64,000 bases of DNA from Adineta vaga (Eukaryota > Animalia > Rotifera): the NCBI GenBank assembly GCA_021613535.1, contig CP075494.1:3410001-3474000 (forward strand). Reading direction: 5' to 3'. The translations under genes and the position numbers were made by a program. Each line of letters begins with the position of its first letter. Position 1 is the stretch's first letter. The notes beneath the pieces were generated by a model that was given only the letters and a program-made list of their open reading frames with translations, ran no database searches and was not told where the DNA came from. Positions 21,921 through 36,000 of this stretch are shown here, one piece after another.

Positions 21921-22730
21921 CTTTAAAAGTTGTTGGTATGTTGATTTTTTCGATCGGGTAAGAGACCATACGCACAAGAAAAATCTATAGACATAAAAAA
22001 ATATATTTTACTGAAAATTGAAAATATCACTCATACTGCAATCAAATCTTAAGCCGTGTATAATGAAAACCTGATCGAACATGAGTGGTGTCGATAAAAA
22101 CGTTCCATCCATAAAGATAATCGAACTATCAAATAATACTTCAAGTTGTTTTGGACTACCAATAACAGCATTCTTTTTTTGCGACACATCAGAACGTCAC
22201 AAAAGAAAACTTTTCTCCATCAGATGTAAACTGGTGCGAATCAGGGATGTCGAATGAAGAACACGTTGGAAGAACTGGTGTGCGTTTTCGTCGTGTTCGA
22301 TTTAATGCAAAATCTAGAAGACATAATAAAAAGTATATAAAGTGTGTAAAAATGCAATATTACTTATATTGGATACTACCGGTACATTTGCAAGAGTTTC
22401 TGATGAGAAAATGAGCTTTAACCATCTCTTCATCGTAAATCTTTGAAATCGGTGTTGTTTCATTGATAACACGTTCTTTAAGAACTTCTCGGAAATGTTT
22501 TACTTCAATTTCTTCTGGTTCAACAAGATGGTTGTGTTTACCATTTGATTACATGAATTTATAATTGAGATCAGTATGAATACTTGAATTACAATTCTGG
22601 GTTTTACAAATCCAATAAATCTTCAGTGACGTTTGTTTGTTGAATTTATAAATAAAACCTTCCTTTACTAACATACGTTTAACCTTGTTAGAAGAAATAA
22701 AAGACATGGTACTATCAGCATGAGACATCA
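21921..22730 (-). pseudogene. FLYWCH-MULE (Mutator-like) transposase relic
   Basis: LVKEGFIY..KIYWICK..C..(stop)..HNH FLYWCH/WRKY-like finger, then RRKRTPVLP, FMDGTF..P..FDQVFIIH and YGLLPDRK..TYQQL. It contains stops and frameshifts and is truncated. Confidence 0.8.
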
Positions 22731-22799
22731 TACAACGAAGATTTGGTGAAGAAGATAGAAAATGATATGCATAAATATCTGAAATTAACTGACGTATAT

Positions 22800-25700
22800 C
22801 AGCTTGTACACGTAACGCGTCACCTCGGCGGCGTAAATTCGAAATCAACATATTGAGAAATCATTGTCACCATGTTGTAGAGAATAGCCGAAAACATATA
22901 GGAACCGATTTTTTAGTATAAACTATTGCAGAAAAACTTGAACAGTAGGTGGCGCCAAAGATGTCACTAACAGATGGTGAAAACCAATATGCACAGTCTA
23001 GTGTTTAATTGTATCCGTATGCTGAAACAACTTTATGGATACAAAATGGTTTAACATCAGAACATTCTACGCTGACCAAAGCAACTTTTCGTAAAACAAC
23101 GAGTTTCTAATAGTTTGTTCTGTGCGCCCTTATTGTCCTACAAAAGTTCGGCTTTTTTCGCGTCATCGCGTTACGAAAAAAGATGTATTCTTTTTTTTCC
23201 CCGTAAGACCTATATGTCTTTTTTTTAAAAACAGGATGCGCAAAGCTAACTTTTTGTGGGCTATAAAAGGCACATATTTTTATTCAAAAATTATTTTATA
23301 TAAAAAATAATATCGCGTAACGCGATGACGATTTTTCAATTTCTTGTTTTTTTCTACTTGACGAAAAACTGTTTTCGAAGAGTAGTTTGTGACCTAAAGG
23401 TTCAGAATTTGTGTGCTGTTATATTTAGCAAATGCTGATTACTAAATCGACATTAAAATAAGACTGATTGGTTTAAATGAATAATACAAAATTTAAAAAA
23501 AAACACCAATCCAATCAAATCATTACCCTGGTCAAAACGAATTATATTCAATTCTAAGTCTAATTCGAACTTTTACTATATAAAGAAGTATTGAAAATTG
23601 TTTTGAAAAATTTATTATCACTCTTTTCATTTGTTACTTATAAAATGGCTAAATCAAATGCTGAAAGACAAAAGCTCTATCGTATGAATTTATTACAAAA
23701 TAAATCAAAATTCGAAGAAATGAAACGTAAATCTCGTATTCGAGATAATTCAAGACGTCAAAATTTGAAAGGTATTTTGTTAGATCAGTTACGAGATCGG
23801 CAGAAAAATGCGTCAAAAAGATATCGTGATAAAAAAAGAATTAGAAATTCAAATTGCCAACAACGTTCATTTAAATCTCGTCAGTCATTAGGAAAAGCAC
23901 TTAAACGTGCAGTTAATTCATTACCAAAAGATGCTAACAAACGTGTAGCAGTCGTACACCATCTTGCACAAGATCTTAATATTATTCCAAAAACAACTGA
24001 TCAACATACACGTCCACAACGTTCACTATCAAATGAATTAAAAGAATTAGTTATTAAATTTTATTATCGAGATGATATTAGTTATCAATTACCTGGTAAA
24101 CGTGATTGTATTACAGTTACAAATAATGATGGTGAATTAATGACATTACAAAAACGAATTTTATTATATAATATACGTGAAACATATCAATTATTTTTTC
24201 ATGAGTATCCAAATATCAATGAAACGTTATCATTAAGTTCATTTAATGACTTACGTCCAGTCAATATATTAATACATTCTTACATGCCACATCGTAGTTG
24301 CTTGTGTATTTACCACGAAAATGTAAATTTGCTGATAAAATCATTATCAAAACATATTAGTTGTGCCGGTTTAAATTCACTTCAAGAATTTACATCAATG
24401 CTTGTTTGTAATGAACAAGAAGAAAGATGCATGTTTAGCCATTGTCATGTTTGTTTACATAATTTCGATGATAAAATTATGAAAAATGTAATTAGTCCAA
24501 TGAAACGTATTCAATGGTTTCAATGGGTGTTACGAGATGGAAAAACAAGAAAAAGTGAATTTAGTGGTACAGTTCATGAATGTTTATTAATTTTAAAGGA
24601 AAAAATTCAACCATTCTTAAATCATATATTTATTAAACGACAACAAGCTGCATTTTTTGAACAAATGAAAATTATTTCCAGTGATGAAATTATTTCTATA
24701 CAGGTTGATTATAGTGAAAACTTTCGTTTAATTGCACAAGATGCAGTTCAAAATTCTTATTATGGTCAAGATGCTGTATCATTATTCACAACTTATGTTT
24801 GGTATCCAGGTGGTGGTGAGTCTTTCGTATATGTTTCCAACAATTTAACTCATGATAAATACTGTATTAATGCCTCAATTGATGATTTACTTGAACGATT
24901 AACTCAACGATTTCAACGTCTAAAACATATTCATCTTTTCTCTGATGGTTCTGGACAATAATTCAAACAAAAGTTTTTATTTAGAAATATATGTCGTTTG
25001 TCACAGAAATATAAAGTAAGTAATGATATTGATTATTTATCAATCTTAGCAATAATCAATCATTAATATCTAGGTTGATTTAAGTTGGCATTTCTTTGCG
25101 ACCTCCCACGGTAAGGGTGTTGTGGATGCCGTGGGAGGAACATCAAAACGTCTGGTACACCGTGCAATCTTAGGTGGTGAAAGATGCACGTCGGCTGCAG
25201 ATTTTGTGAAAATTAGTCAATCGAAAACAACTACAATTAATGTTATGGAACTTACACAAGAATGTATCGATAAATCAAAAGTTGAACTTGAACAACTTTT
25301 TAAATCAACTAAAAGCGTTCCAGAAACCAAACAAATCCATTCAATAAAAGCTCTTCAAGATAATTCTATTGAATATGGATACTATTCAAACAGTTTGATT
25401 AAAAAAAATTTTCGATTTTCCGTTTAAAACAAAACATTGTATATATTTATAGATTTTGTTGTGATTTAACTATTCATTTCTCATCTAAACAGACTAAAAT
25501 TGTCGTTAAAATTGGTTGTAAATGTTTCTATTGGTGTGAAGTTTTATTTCTTTACATTTTTACTGTACTGTCTCTCATTTAGAAATTATTTTATTCAACA
25601 GTTGAAAAATTAATTTGCATATCTACCTGTTTGTTACTTCTTATACTATTTATGTTATTTTTTCTGTTGCATTTATCATTAAACAACAAGCTAAAGATGT

Positions 25701-26199
25701 TTTTCTTGTTAATAATAAAACTTCATCGTGTAACTTTTATAAAAATATATACTGAATAAAATAAAATACAAAGACAAATTCTCTTAAAAAATCACGCGTC
25801 ATCGCGTAACAGAGACGTCATCGCGTTACGTTGATCTAAATGATACAGCTAGAAAAGGAGAGAATTTTTCGAAATGTTTTATCATCCATTAGATACGTTA
25901 AAGTATTGACTACAAACTTACTGTTGATCATTTTTATATGTGAAGTACACATTCGCAGAAAAATAAGACGCAAATAGGCAACCTTATGTCGAGAGTACTT
26001 TTCTCGTCATCGTGTTAAGCCCCTTCTTTTCTCGTTTATTCTCAAACGATTCATTCAAGAAAGTTGATATTTTTAGTGGATGTGAGGGTGATGTAGATAC
26101 ACGTTTTAACAAAAAAACGAATAGCCTAGTTAATGCTATTCTGAAAAGAAATAATAGAAATTCGGCCAAAACGTCATCGCGTTACATTTGTACAAGCTG
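22800..26199 (+). mobile_element. Cut-and-paste DNA transposon, Sola-like (DDD transposase), 3400 bp
   Basis: Terminal inverted repeats CAGCTTGTACA(C)GTAACGCG / CGCGTTAC(ATT)TGTACAAGCTG, flanked by ATAT on both sides (22796-22799, 26200-26203). The subterminal motif CGTCATCGCGTTAC or a close variant recurs at ~23161, 23318 (inverted), 25797, 25817, 26005 and 26172. The Sola assignment is tentative. Confidence 0.75.
23645..25427 (+). pseudogene. Transposase of the Sola-like element, single nonsense codon
   Basis: C-x-C-x2-H-E-N motif (CLCIYHEN). Putative DDD triad VDYSENF / SDGSGQ*FKQK / WHFFATSHGKGVVDAVGG. TAA at 24959-24961, and an intron at ~25016-25072. Confidence 0.75.
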
Positions 26200-26419
26200 A
26201 TATATAGGCGATCAAAAGACAATGTGTTGTTTGTGCTCTTTGTTTTTATCTGTCCTTTATACTTCTATTATTCTAGAATATTCGTTTCTAGAACGGCGAA
26301 TATAGAAATAAGTGTTATATAATTCACGAGCCCTGGATAGAAAATACGAACGAAAGAAAAATCGATTTTACTTTTCCACATTTTATATGTTCGACGTTTC
26401 CCACGAGAAATTTTTTTTA

Positions 26420-26960
26420 TTAAAACCGCTGATATCAGCGTTTTTTTAATGACACCGCGGTGTGATTTTATTAACCGGTGTTAGTGCCGGTTTTTTAGGA
26501 CAGCGGGCTCATATATTGCGGTTATAAGCGGTTTTACATACCGCGGTGTAGAAGTCAAGAACCGCGGTTTCATCGTACTGCAGATTTTAGCGCTTTTTAA
26601 AAATCGCGGTGTGGATGCCAATAACCGCGTTTTGATTAGAATGCGATTTACTAATTTACGAAAGCGGTTTATCAATCAAAAACTCAATGTGTAGTGACTT
26701 AGAGGATGTCGTGCCCTGCTTTTTCGTAACTTTTTGCATAAATTTTTTTGTGTGGCTCTATCATTGAAAAATGAAAGAAGTCTAATGGGACTTGTAAAGT
26801 TCTCACATCGTCCCTCGAAGGGCAACTTCTCTTGGTGGAGGGTGACTAGGTCGCCACAGCCGGATTTTATGTGCATTCGGTTGTTTATGAAAAGTGGTGT
26901 TTTGATGCGGTATCTAAAAATGCGGTTTTTGTCGGTTTTCTTGAGCAGCGGTATTCAGAC
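26420..26960. repeat. CCGCGG/GCGGT-rich degenerate repeat tract, probable terminal region of the MULE relic
   Basis: Dense ACCGCGGT, GCGGTT and AACCG motifs in otherwise AT-rich DNA. It lies on the far side of the Sola-like insertion from the MULE start codon. Confidence 0.4.
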
Positions 26961-27092
26961 CGTTAATGAAGATAAGAAATGTATAATGCAGTAAGGATTC
27001 TTTATTATTTATTAGAATAAGTTGGTTACTCTTGCACCAAAACGAAAATTAGAAATGAATAAATCGAAAGGGGATTAATGATGATAGAATTG

Positions 27093-30000
27093 TTATTCAT
27101 TGGATTCATTCTTGAATGAGTTATTGAGCTAGAAGAAAATAATTAATGTAAAGATAAGAAATTTAAAAAACAAATAACAATAAACTTACATTTACTGTGA
27201 GAAGAGCTTTTTGTATAGCACTACGTATTTGTCGATTGTATTGTGGATTGACAACAGAAACAAATTCGACGAGTAAATTATCACGACTAAACGTACTTAA
27301 ACTTGTAACTTTAACATGTTTTAATCCATTTCTTTCATATTTTTTTATTTCGCTCTTTAAACTTCGTTTGAAGCGTTGAACAAATTTTTTGGCAGCAAGT
27401 TTAGATAGACGTTCAACTGTAACATCTTCGACAATAAATGAAGAAAATATATAACGTAGTGCACATTGTCTACATTGACCATCATAAGCATTGCTATTGA
27501 GAGTAACATCTGATGTACTTGTAACAATCTAAATTCATAATTGATTTTATGTATTTTACTTTTTTTTGTGAGATTTCTGTAAAATATTATTAATGATCAA
27601 ATTCAAGATTTTACTTCTCTTTATCTTATATTGAACAAGTGCAGTAAAACATATACATGTCTAACAAGGTATCGCAAGACAGTGATAACAGCTTAACGAT
27701 ACTGATATACGACAAGTTCTACAGACATTATCTATAAAAAGTGTAATTAATGTCTTCTTAATGTTAACGAATATTATTAGTAAGTTGTGCACATTTTCTC
27801 AATCTACTCAGGTGTTGAACAAATGACTACTCTGAGTGTCAACACAGCAATCTTTAGATTTTTGAGTGGACTAGATCAATTTTTGATGAAAATCTTTTTC
27901 AATACGTACTCGTTTGATTCCATTGCGAGAAGGTTTTCTGCCAGACGGACGATAGCGATATGATTTTCTAGGACGAGAGAAAGGTCGTTGATCATCATCT
28001 GAATCACCGGATTGATCATCGTTGTCATCATTATCTTTTTTCGGCTTTCCTAAAATAAATCTTTTATTTAAGATGAACGAGATACAGAAAAAAAAGATAT
28101 ATAATCAGTATTTTTCTTTCTTCAAACGATTCATTTGTAGTTGATTCCTGTAAACACATTTTCGATGACTATCTTATACTGTAGCGATCAATCTTATCTG
28201 GATGTTTTATAATCGTTCAGTTTCAAGTTTTTACCAACAGTAATTCTTCCTTTAGACAGTGATAATTTACATACTAAATCCGCTCCAAAGCATTTCTTTG
28301 TGAGAAAAAGTAAAATAAAATAAGACAGTCCAACTGGTCAACTGGTGTCTGTTCTATCTCTGTCTTACTGATATTTAGTGTGAAAACGAGCTACAAATTC
28401 ATTGTTTTATTATTCCGAATGCCTCGACAAATGATGATTCGATTCAAAATTGAAATGTCTATTCTTTGAATCGATATTTTCACTCCTCTCATTTGATTGT
28501 GCGCAACTGTCACCTATTTTACAATTGTTTTTCTTTCTCTAGTAAACTATTTAGGAATTCTTGTTCTCTTACCTGTAATTTGTTTACGAACGTAATAATT
28601 CTGCTTACCTTTACATCCGCAATTTTTCTTTTTACCATCCCCTTTATTGTCATCCCCGCTTGACGATTCACTCGATTTTTCATCATCTGTTTCTCCAGTT
28701 GAGCCATTATCTGGTTGAGTAGTGACTGGTGCTGAAGTCGCAGCAGACGCTGTAGTTGCTTGCTGAGTAGTGACGGGTGTGCTTGAGATAGTGCTGGCCA
28801 CTGCTGCACTTGTTGGTTGTGTAGTTTTCACAGATGTTTCGATTGGTTCGGTTGGCGAAGAGCTGCTGCCTTGCGTACCTAAATAACGATAACTTCGAAC
28901 TCGATGATTTATCTCATGTCGGAAGACCACTAAACGTGTATATGAATGTCTTAAAGAAGCTTATCAAAGAAGATCTAGTATGGACTATAAGGTGTTTAAC
29001 AGAATGACTTACCAGCTCTCATACAACAGTGAAAAGATGGAGCTTGAATATCTCCTGAATTGTCACCAAACATCAACTTTTACACTGTGCTAACACTTGT
29101 ATAGAATTAAGGACATATGATAGCAAGTACTAATGGCTCTACAATTCTATTGATCCGTGTAAAACATATTTGTCAATAACTTCTAGTGACAGAAAAAATC
29201 CAGCTCTCCATGCGTGTCAATCGCTTAGTTCCCGCTCAACTAGTATCTTCATGACAATATCAGTGCTAGGATTTTGAATTAACGGATAAGAGGCTATTGT
29301 GAAGTAGAACTGTTAAAATCACAGTACCTGTACAAACTACCGCATTCGTGCTTGGTTCATGGGAACATATTGCATTCTCATTACATCCACCATTGTCCAC
29401 TTTGCAGCTGTCTGTAGAAAAACGGAAAAAGAGAACGAAAAATAATTAATCACGTTGTGACAAAGCTTTTTCTAAGCCAGTACCTTGACACACTAACGCC
29501 GTTGCCGATCTCGAAGCTGTGAAGCCTGTGTTGCATGTACATTTCACTGCATTAGTGTTGGAATCATGCGAGCACACAGCATTTTTATCGCAACCGCCAT
29601 TGTTCACCTCGCAGCTATCTGAAGAGAAAAACAAAAAGAAAAGAATGAATCACCTCATGTTTAAGTGGCTACTAATTATAAGACAGTACCTGTACACACT
29701 AATGATGTTCCCGATCCTGAACTTGTGAATCCTGCTTTGCATGTACAAACAACTGCATTTGTTCCTGAAGCATGTGAACAGATAGCATTAACATTACATC
29801 CACCGTTCTGAATACCACAGGCATCTGAGTGAAGGAAGAAAAAGGAAAAGGACAAAAGTTTAATTGTCGTCAGGCTCTTCGATTACACAGTACCTGTGCA
29901 TATGACCAATGCGCCTGATCCTGAAGATATGTAACCTGTCTTACAAGTACATACAATTGCATTGGTATCAGAATCATGTGAACAGTCAGCATTTGTATCA

Positions 30001-33000
30001 CATCCGCCGTTGTTAAATTTACAGGCGTCTGAAAAAGAATCGAAAAGAGAAAAGAATGAAATCAGAAAGTAAGAGTTAAGTAGTTATCGGACAGTACCTT
30101 TACAGGTTAATAATGTTCCTAGACCTGAACCTATAAATCCAGCCTTGCACGTACACACTACTGCATTGGTACTAGAATCACGCGAGCACACAGCATTTTG
30201 ATCACATCCACCATTGTTCACCTTGCAGCTATCTGAAGAAGAAAAGTCGAACAGAAAATAAAGTCGTCAATAACTAAACAAGCTCCATTCTTATGACCAT
30301 ACCTATGCATACAACCGATGTATCAGATCCTGAATTTACAAATCCTGGCTTGCATGTACATGTCACTGCATTAGTCTTTTCGTCATGCGAACATATAGCA
30401 TTGCTATTACATCCACCGTTGTCGACCTTGCAGGCATCTGAAAAAAGTGATGACGAAGAAGTAAGTACTATGGTGCTACTGGATGAATTTGTTGTAGATG
30501 TTACCTGTACATACTAACGATGATCCCGATCCTGAGCCAGTGAATCCTGTTTTGCATGTGCATGTTACTGCACTACTGTCAGAATCATAGGAACAATCAG
30601 CATTTTTATCACAACCACCATTGTTCACATTGCAGGTGTCTGTAAAGACGAAAAGATTATGAAGAAATGAAGAAGCTAATGATATATGTATGAATATTTA
30701 AATGATATTACCTTTACATACTAATGAGTTTCCATCTTGGAGACCTGTGAAACCGGCCTTGCATTTACAAACGACTGCATTTGTGGTCGAATCATGCGTA
30801 CATTGGGCATTCTTATCACATCCACCATTGTTCGTGTTGCAACTATCTGAATAAGAAAATACGTTGACAAAAGTTCGACACCTAAGGGTTTACGCGAAAC
30901 TATTCGTATCTGACTAGAAGCTTATTAACGAGTATTGTGATCATAAATAGAGGTGGATGATACTGGAAAAATTGAAGAATTTCTTGTCAAGTAAGAGAAG
31001 GCAACATATGCCAATATTTTAATTAGAAAATCAAAATAAGTTTATCGCAGTTCACTCCTCCAAGAGTGAGAAGAATTGACTACCAGTAACGCTGACGGAT
31101 TCGTTTGCTTAAAAGCGGAATAGAGTACACCGCTCGTCTTTTATAAGTAAAGCCTAATGAATAGCGTCGATTGACTAGATATATTGAATATATAATTGAC
31201 CGCCTTTTGTCAAATAAAAATCGTGGCGAAAGGATGTATCTTTCTTTCTATTATTGTCTTGCTAGTTATTACATCAACTGATTTAGCACTTGAATAATCG
31301 ATTCTACCTCAATCATCTTCATGCTTCCACATATATAATGGATTCGCGTGAGATTTTTTCCGTTTTTTTTAAAGTTGCCGAGAACGGTAGAGAAAAGGAG
31401 TACGAATATCTTTCGAACTACAAGAAAACTCTGGATATGAATGCTGATCTTCAATTAGAACTAAACATATCTCCTAGAGAACCGCGACGTACAACAATGC
31501 TCTCTCGAATCCCTACATCGCAACATTGCGTCGGTCACTGATAGACTTTTCATTTATCGGATAACAGGCTATTGCGAAGTAGAACTGTTAAAAACACAGT
31601 ACCTGTACAAACTAACGATGTTCCAAGACCAGAACCTGTAAATCCAGTCTTGCACGTACAAACCACTGCATTCGTGCTTGGTTCATTCGAACATATTGCA
31701 TTCTTATTACATCCACCATTGTTCACGTTGCAGCTGTCTGTAGAAAAATGGAAAAAAACAAGGAAAGGTAATTAATCATGTTGTGATAACTATTGCTAAG
31801 CTAGTACCTTGACATACTAACGCCGTTCCAGATCCTGAACCTGTGAATCCTGTCTTGCATGTACATTTCACTGCATTAGTGTTGGAATCACGTGAACACA
31901 CAGCATTTTTATTACAACCGCCATTGTTCACAGTGCAAGTATCTACAGAAAAAGAGAACGAAAGGTAATTAATCATGTTGTGACAACTATTTCTAAGTCA
32001 GTACCTTGACACACTAATGATGTTCCCAATCCTGAACCTGTGAATCCTGGCTTGCATGTACATTTCACTGCATTAGTCTTTGAATCATGTGAACACACAG
32101 CATTTTGATCACAGCCACCATTGTTTACCTCGCAGCTATCTGAAGAGAAAAAGAAAGAAAGAAAGGAATAACGGCTACTCAAATAACAACCGATCCTAAG
32201 CCAATACCTTGACACACTAACGCCGTTCCAGATCCTGAACCTGTGAATCCTGCTTTGCATGTACATTCCACTGCATCAGTCTTTGAATCATGTGAACACA
32301 CAGCATTTTGATCACAGCCACCATTGTTTTCTTGGCAGACATCTGGAGTAGGGATAGCTAAACGAAAAAGAGAGATACCATAGACCAAACTAGATAGGAA
32401 TCTCTTGCTATGTTAGTACCTTCGCACACTAATGACGTTCCAGAACCTGAACCGGCATATCCTGGTTTGCAGCTACAATTGACTGCATTTGTATCTGAAT
32501 CATGAAAACACAGAGCATTGTTGTCGCATCCACCGTTTTTCAGGCTGCAGCTATCTAAAGCATACGCAAAGATGGACGAAAATGTACTTAGCAGTTACAC
32601 GAGAGTCGTGAATTAGATAGTACCTTTGCATATCAACGCTGTTCCTGATCCTGAACCTGTGAAGCCTGTCTTGCATGTACATTTCACTGCATTTGTATTG
32701 GAATCATGTGAACAAACAGCATTGATATCACATCCACCATTGTTTACGGTGCAGCTGTCTGAAAAAGCAGAGTCAGAGGGAAAAGGAAGCATTTTATGGC
32801 TATGCAACAATTATTCGTAAAACGGTACCTTCACAAACTAGCGATCTTCCTGAACCTGAGCTTGTGAATCCTGTCTTGCATGTACAAACTACTTCATTTG
32901 TTTTCGAATCATGGGAACAAGCAGCATTCTTATCGCATCCGCCATTGTTCACATTACAACTATCTGAAGAATGAAAAAGAAATATTTAACGACTATACAT

Positions 33001-36000
33001 TAGCTCTTGTGAAAAACAGTACCTGTACACACTGATGATGTTTCCGATCCTGAAGTTGTGAATCCTATCTTGCATGTACATTTCACGGCGTTTGTTTTGG
33101 AATCATGCGAACAGATAGCATTGACGTCGCATCCACCATTGTTTATATTGCAGGTGTCTGATGAATGCAAAATAAGTATTTAATTATGATGCAACAACTG
33201 TTTATAAAATAGTACCTGTGCATACTATTGATTCTCCTGAGCGTGAACTTGTGAATCCTGTCTTGCATGTACAAACCACTGCATTCGTATCTGGAGCATG
33301 AGAACAATCAGCGTTCTTATCACATCCTCCATTGTTCACGGTACAGGCGTCTAAGAAGAAAAAGACGGAGAAAAAGAGAAGTAATAATTACTTCAAAAAC
33401 TTATTTATAGAATATTACCTGTACAGATAAAAGATGCTCCCAAACCTGAACTTATGAATCCAGGTTTACATGTACAATATACGGCGTTTGTATCTGCATT
33501 ATGGGAACAAACAGCGTTGACAGGGCATCCACCATTATTCACTGTGCAGGTATCTGCATAGAAAGACAAAGAGAAAAGAAAAAGGAATAATAGATGTGAA
33601 TTATGTAAAACGTTGGCGATGTGGTAATACCTGTACATGTTAACGATGTTCCCTCACCAGAACTTGTATATCCTGTCTTGCATGTACAAACTACTTCATT
33701 TGTGTTTGAGTCATGCGAACACGCAGCATTGATATTGCATCCGCCATTATTTACGTTACAGCTGTCTGAGAAATGAAAAAGAAGAAGGAATGGAGAAAAA
33801 TAAGGACCACGAGTAATTAAGCGTTAATCTTTTGATATGATAGTACCTGTGCATTGTTGCGATGATTCCGAACCCGATCCTGAATTGATGAATCCCGTGT
33901 TGCATGTACAAACCACTGCATTCGTATCTGGGGCATGAGAACAACGAGCATTAATATCACATCCTCCATTGTTCACTTGACAGCTGTCTAGAAGTAAATT
34001 GAAAGTGGAAAAATTAAGGTTTTATGATAATTCATGATTTGAATTTTTTCATTATTGGAGACGATAAGAAGAGAAGAAAGGCTTATGAAAAATTTGGTTA
34101 GATACTGCCATACAATCATTGGTGAAAATCTTAAGCTTTTGAGAATGAGATAAGAACAGTAATCATAGAGAGCTCGAATAAAACAATCATCTGCATGAGT
34201 TTTGAATAGCTTCTACATAGTTCACAGCAGTCTCTTATTCAATGAATAAATCCATGATCGATCTTTCTAGCTCTTTCAAAAATAGATTTATAAAGAATAA
34301 ATTCGATATTCTACTAAAATAAAAATTGATAACAACAAATTCTTGAACAGCTTCATATAACTCTGCGAGATATCACAGAGACTTGTTGGAAAACTAATAT
34401 ATGATGATTATTCTTGCTCCTGATCCAAACTCATCTTACTTTTTTGAGTCTTCTTACATATCTGTTAAACTTCAAACAACAGTTAACATCTTCCTAAAAT
34501 GTTGTCTGATACATATATGATTTTGTCATCATGCTGAGTATTTCTTCATTCGAATCAATTAAAACAAGATCAGTGCTGAATGCTGATATGTTTTTTTTTT
34601 CATATAGTAAACAATTACCTTTGCATACGATTGGTCCGCCTGTTGACACATCAGAATAACCTTTTCTACATGTGCATATCACTGCGAACGTTGCTGAATT
34701 ATGAGAACAATCTGAGTTCTTATCACATCCACCATTGTTCACCTTGCAAGTATCTAAATAAAATGAAAGTGACCGAAATAATACTCTGTTATCGTAAAGT
34801 TGCTGAAAGTGAATGAAGTTACCTATGCAAACTAAGGGAGAACCATCTGTTGCGGGTGCATATCCGACATTACAGCTACATTTTACGGCATCTGTGCTTG
34901 AATCATACGAACATGCGGCATTCTTATCACATCCACCATTGTTCACCTTGCATTTGTCTGAAAAAGGATAGAAGAAAAACCAATTAGAATACGTATATTA
35001 AGCACTTGAACAAAACTGAATAATCAACGCTGAGCGCCCAGTGATACAACTAGTTTGCGTATTCTATTTGTGTGTTAGAAAATGTATCTCACATAATATG
35101 ATGCAACGGAACCGGCAATAAGAATCAAAATATCAAAATGGAAATAGTAGACTTATGTGATCGAAGTTAATTTTTCTAACTAAAAAATACTTCAGACGTA
35201 CTTGAAGTATGCAGTTCTTTTCTTAGAAAATATACTGCTAGACATACTTCAAGACCAATCTGATTTGTGTACGACAATAAATATGTAAATTTATTTATTA
35301 GATTGCACCGAACGATCAATGAAGATAATACTCTGAAACATATTGAGCAACTCACGCGAAAACCTTACAAAAAGTAGAAGACATGAGTAGTACATCAGCA
35401 GATATTATATCACTAATCTAATCGTATAAGATAATACGATTTCCAAAATTAAGGCAATGTGTAAGATCATAAACAAAGATCTGACAAGAATAGACAACGT
35501 TCTTGGACGAGATTCTCAGACTAATCGGACATAAGATCTCATCGTATCTAACAATATCCTAGGTACGTTTTCTGAGTCGGTAATATACTTAAGTGCAAAC
35601 ACATATGTATGGATAGAATTATAAGAGTGAACGTTTTATGGCATACGTCGAAGAATACCTAGGAAATGAACTTCAACTTACAGATATACAGCAGAGAAGT
35701 TTTGACGATACAAACCGAGAGTATGTGAAGAAAGCAACTAATTATATATTGAACACACGAGGATACGACTCGATGAGGGTATTTGAGATTATATTGTGAA
35801 TTTCACTATATATTCGTTATAGTTATGTAGATATGGTTTATCATATTGAAATGAACTCAAAGTGAAATTTGACGCTATGATTTGAAATATGCATAAAAAC
35901 ACTTTATTCATGGACTCTGTATACTAAGCTTACTGTAAATATCCTCCCGAAGTGAAAGAAACGATGACTTTAAACAATAACTTGTATAAATTTGTGCGAT

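Noticed and set aside
15795-24961. Two probable CAA-to-TAA nonsense changes in different transposons, hinting at targeted C-to-T mutation
   Set aside because: Two events are too few, and this is a common route to a stop codon in AT-rich DNA. Consensus alignments would be needed.
30850-31560. Long intron with a TAGAGGTGGA hAT-like start and 61-83 aa ORFs
   Set aside because: No second terminus or recognisable protein. It cannot be supported as an element or gene.
29328-34959. Regular ~200-bp periodicity resembling a CRISPR-like repeat-spacer array
   Set aside because: The conserved units are protein-coding EGF exons bounded by AG/GT, and the spacers are introns. No cas genes are present and the context is eukaryotic.
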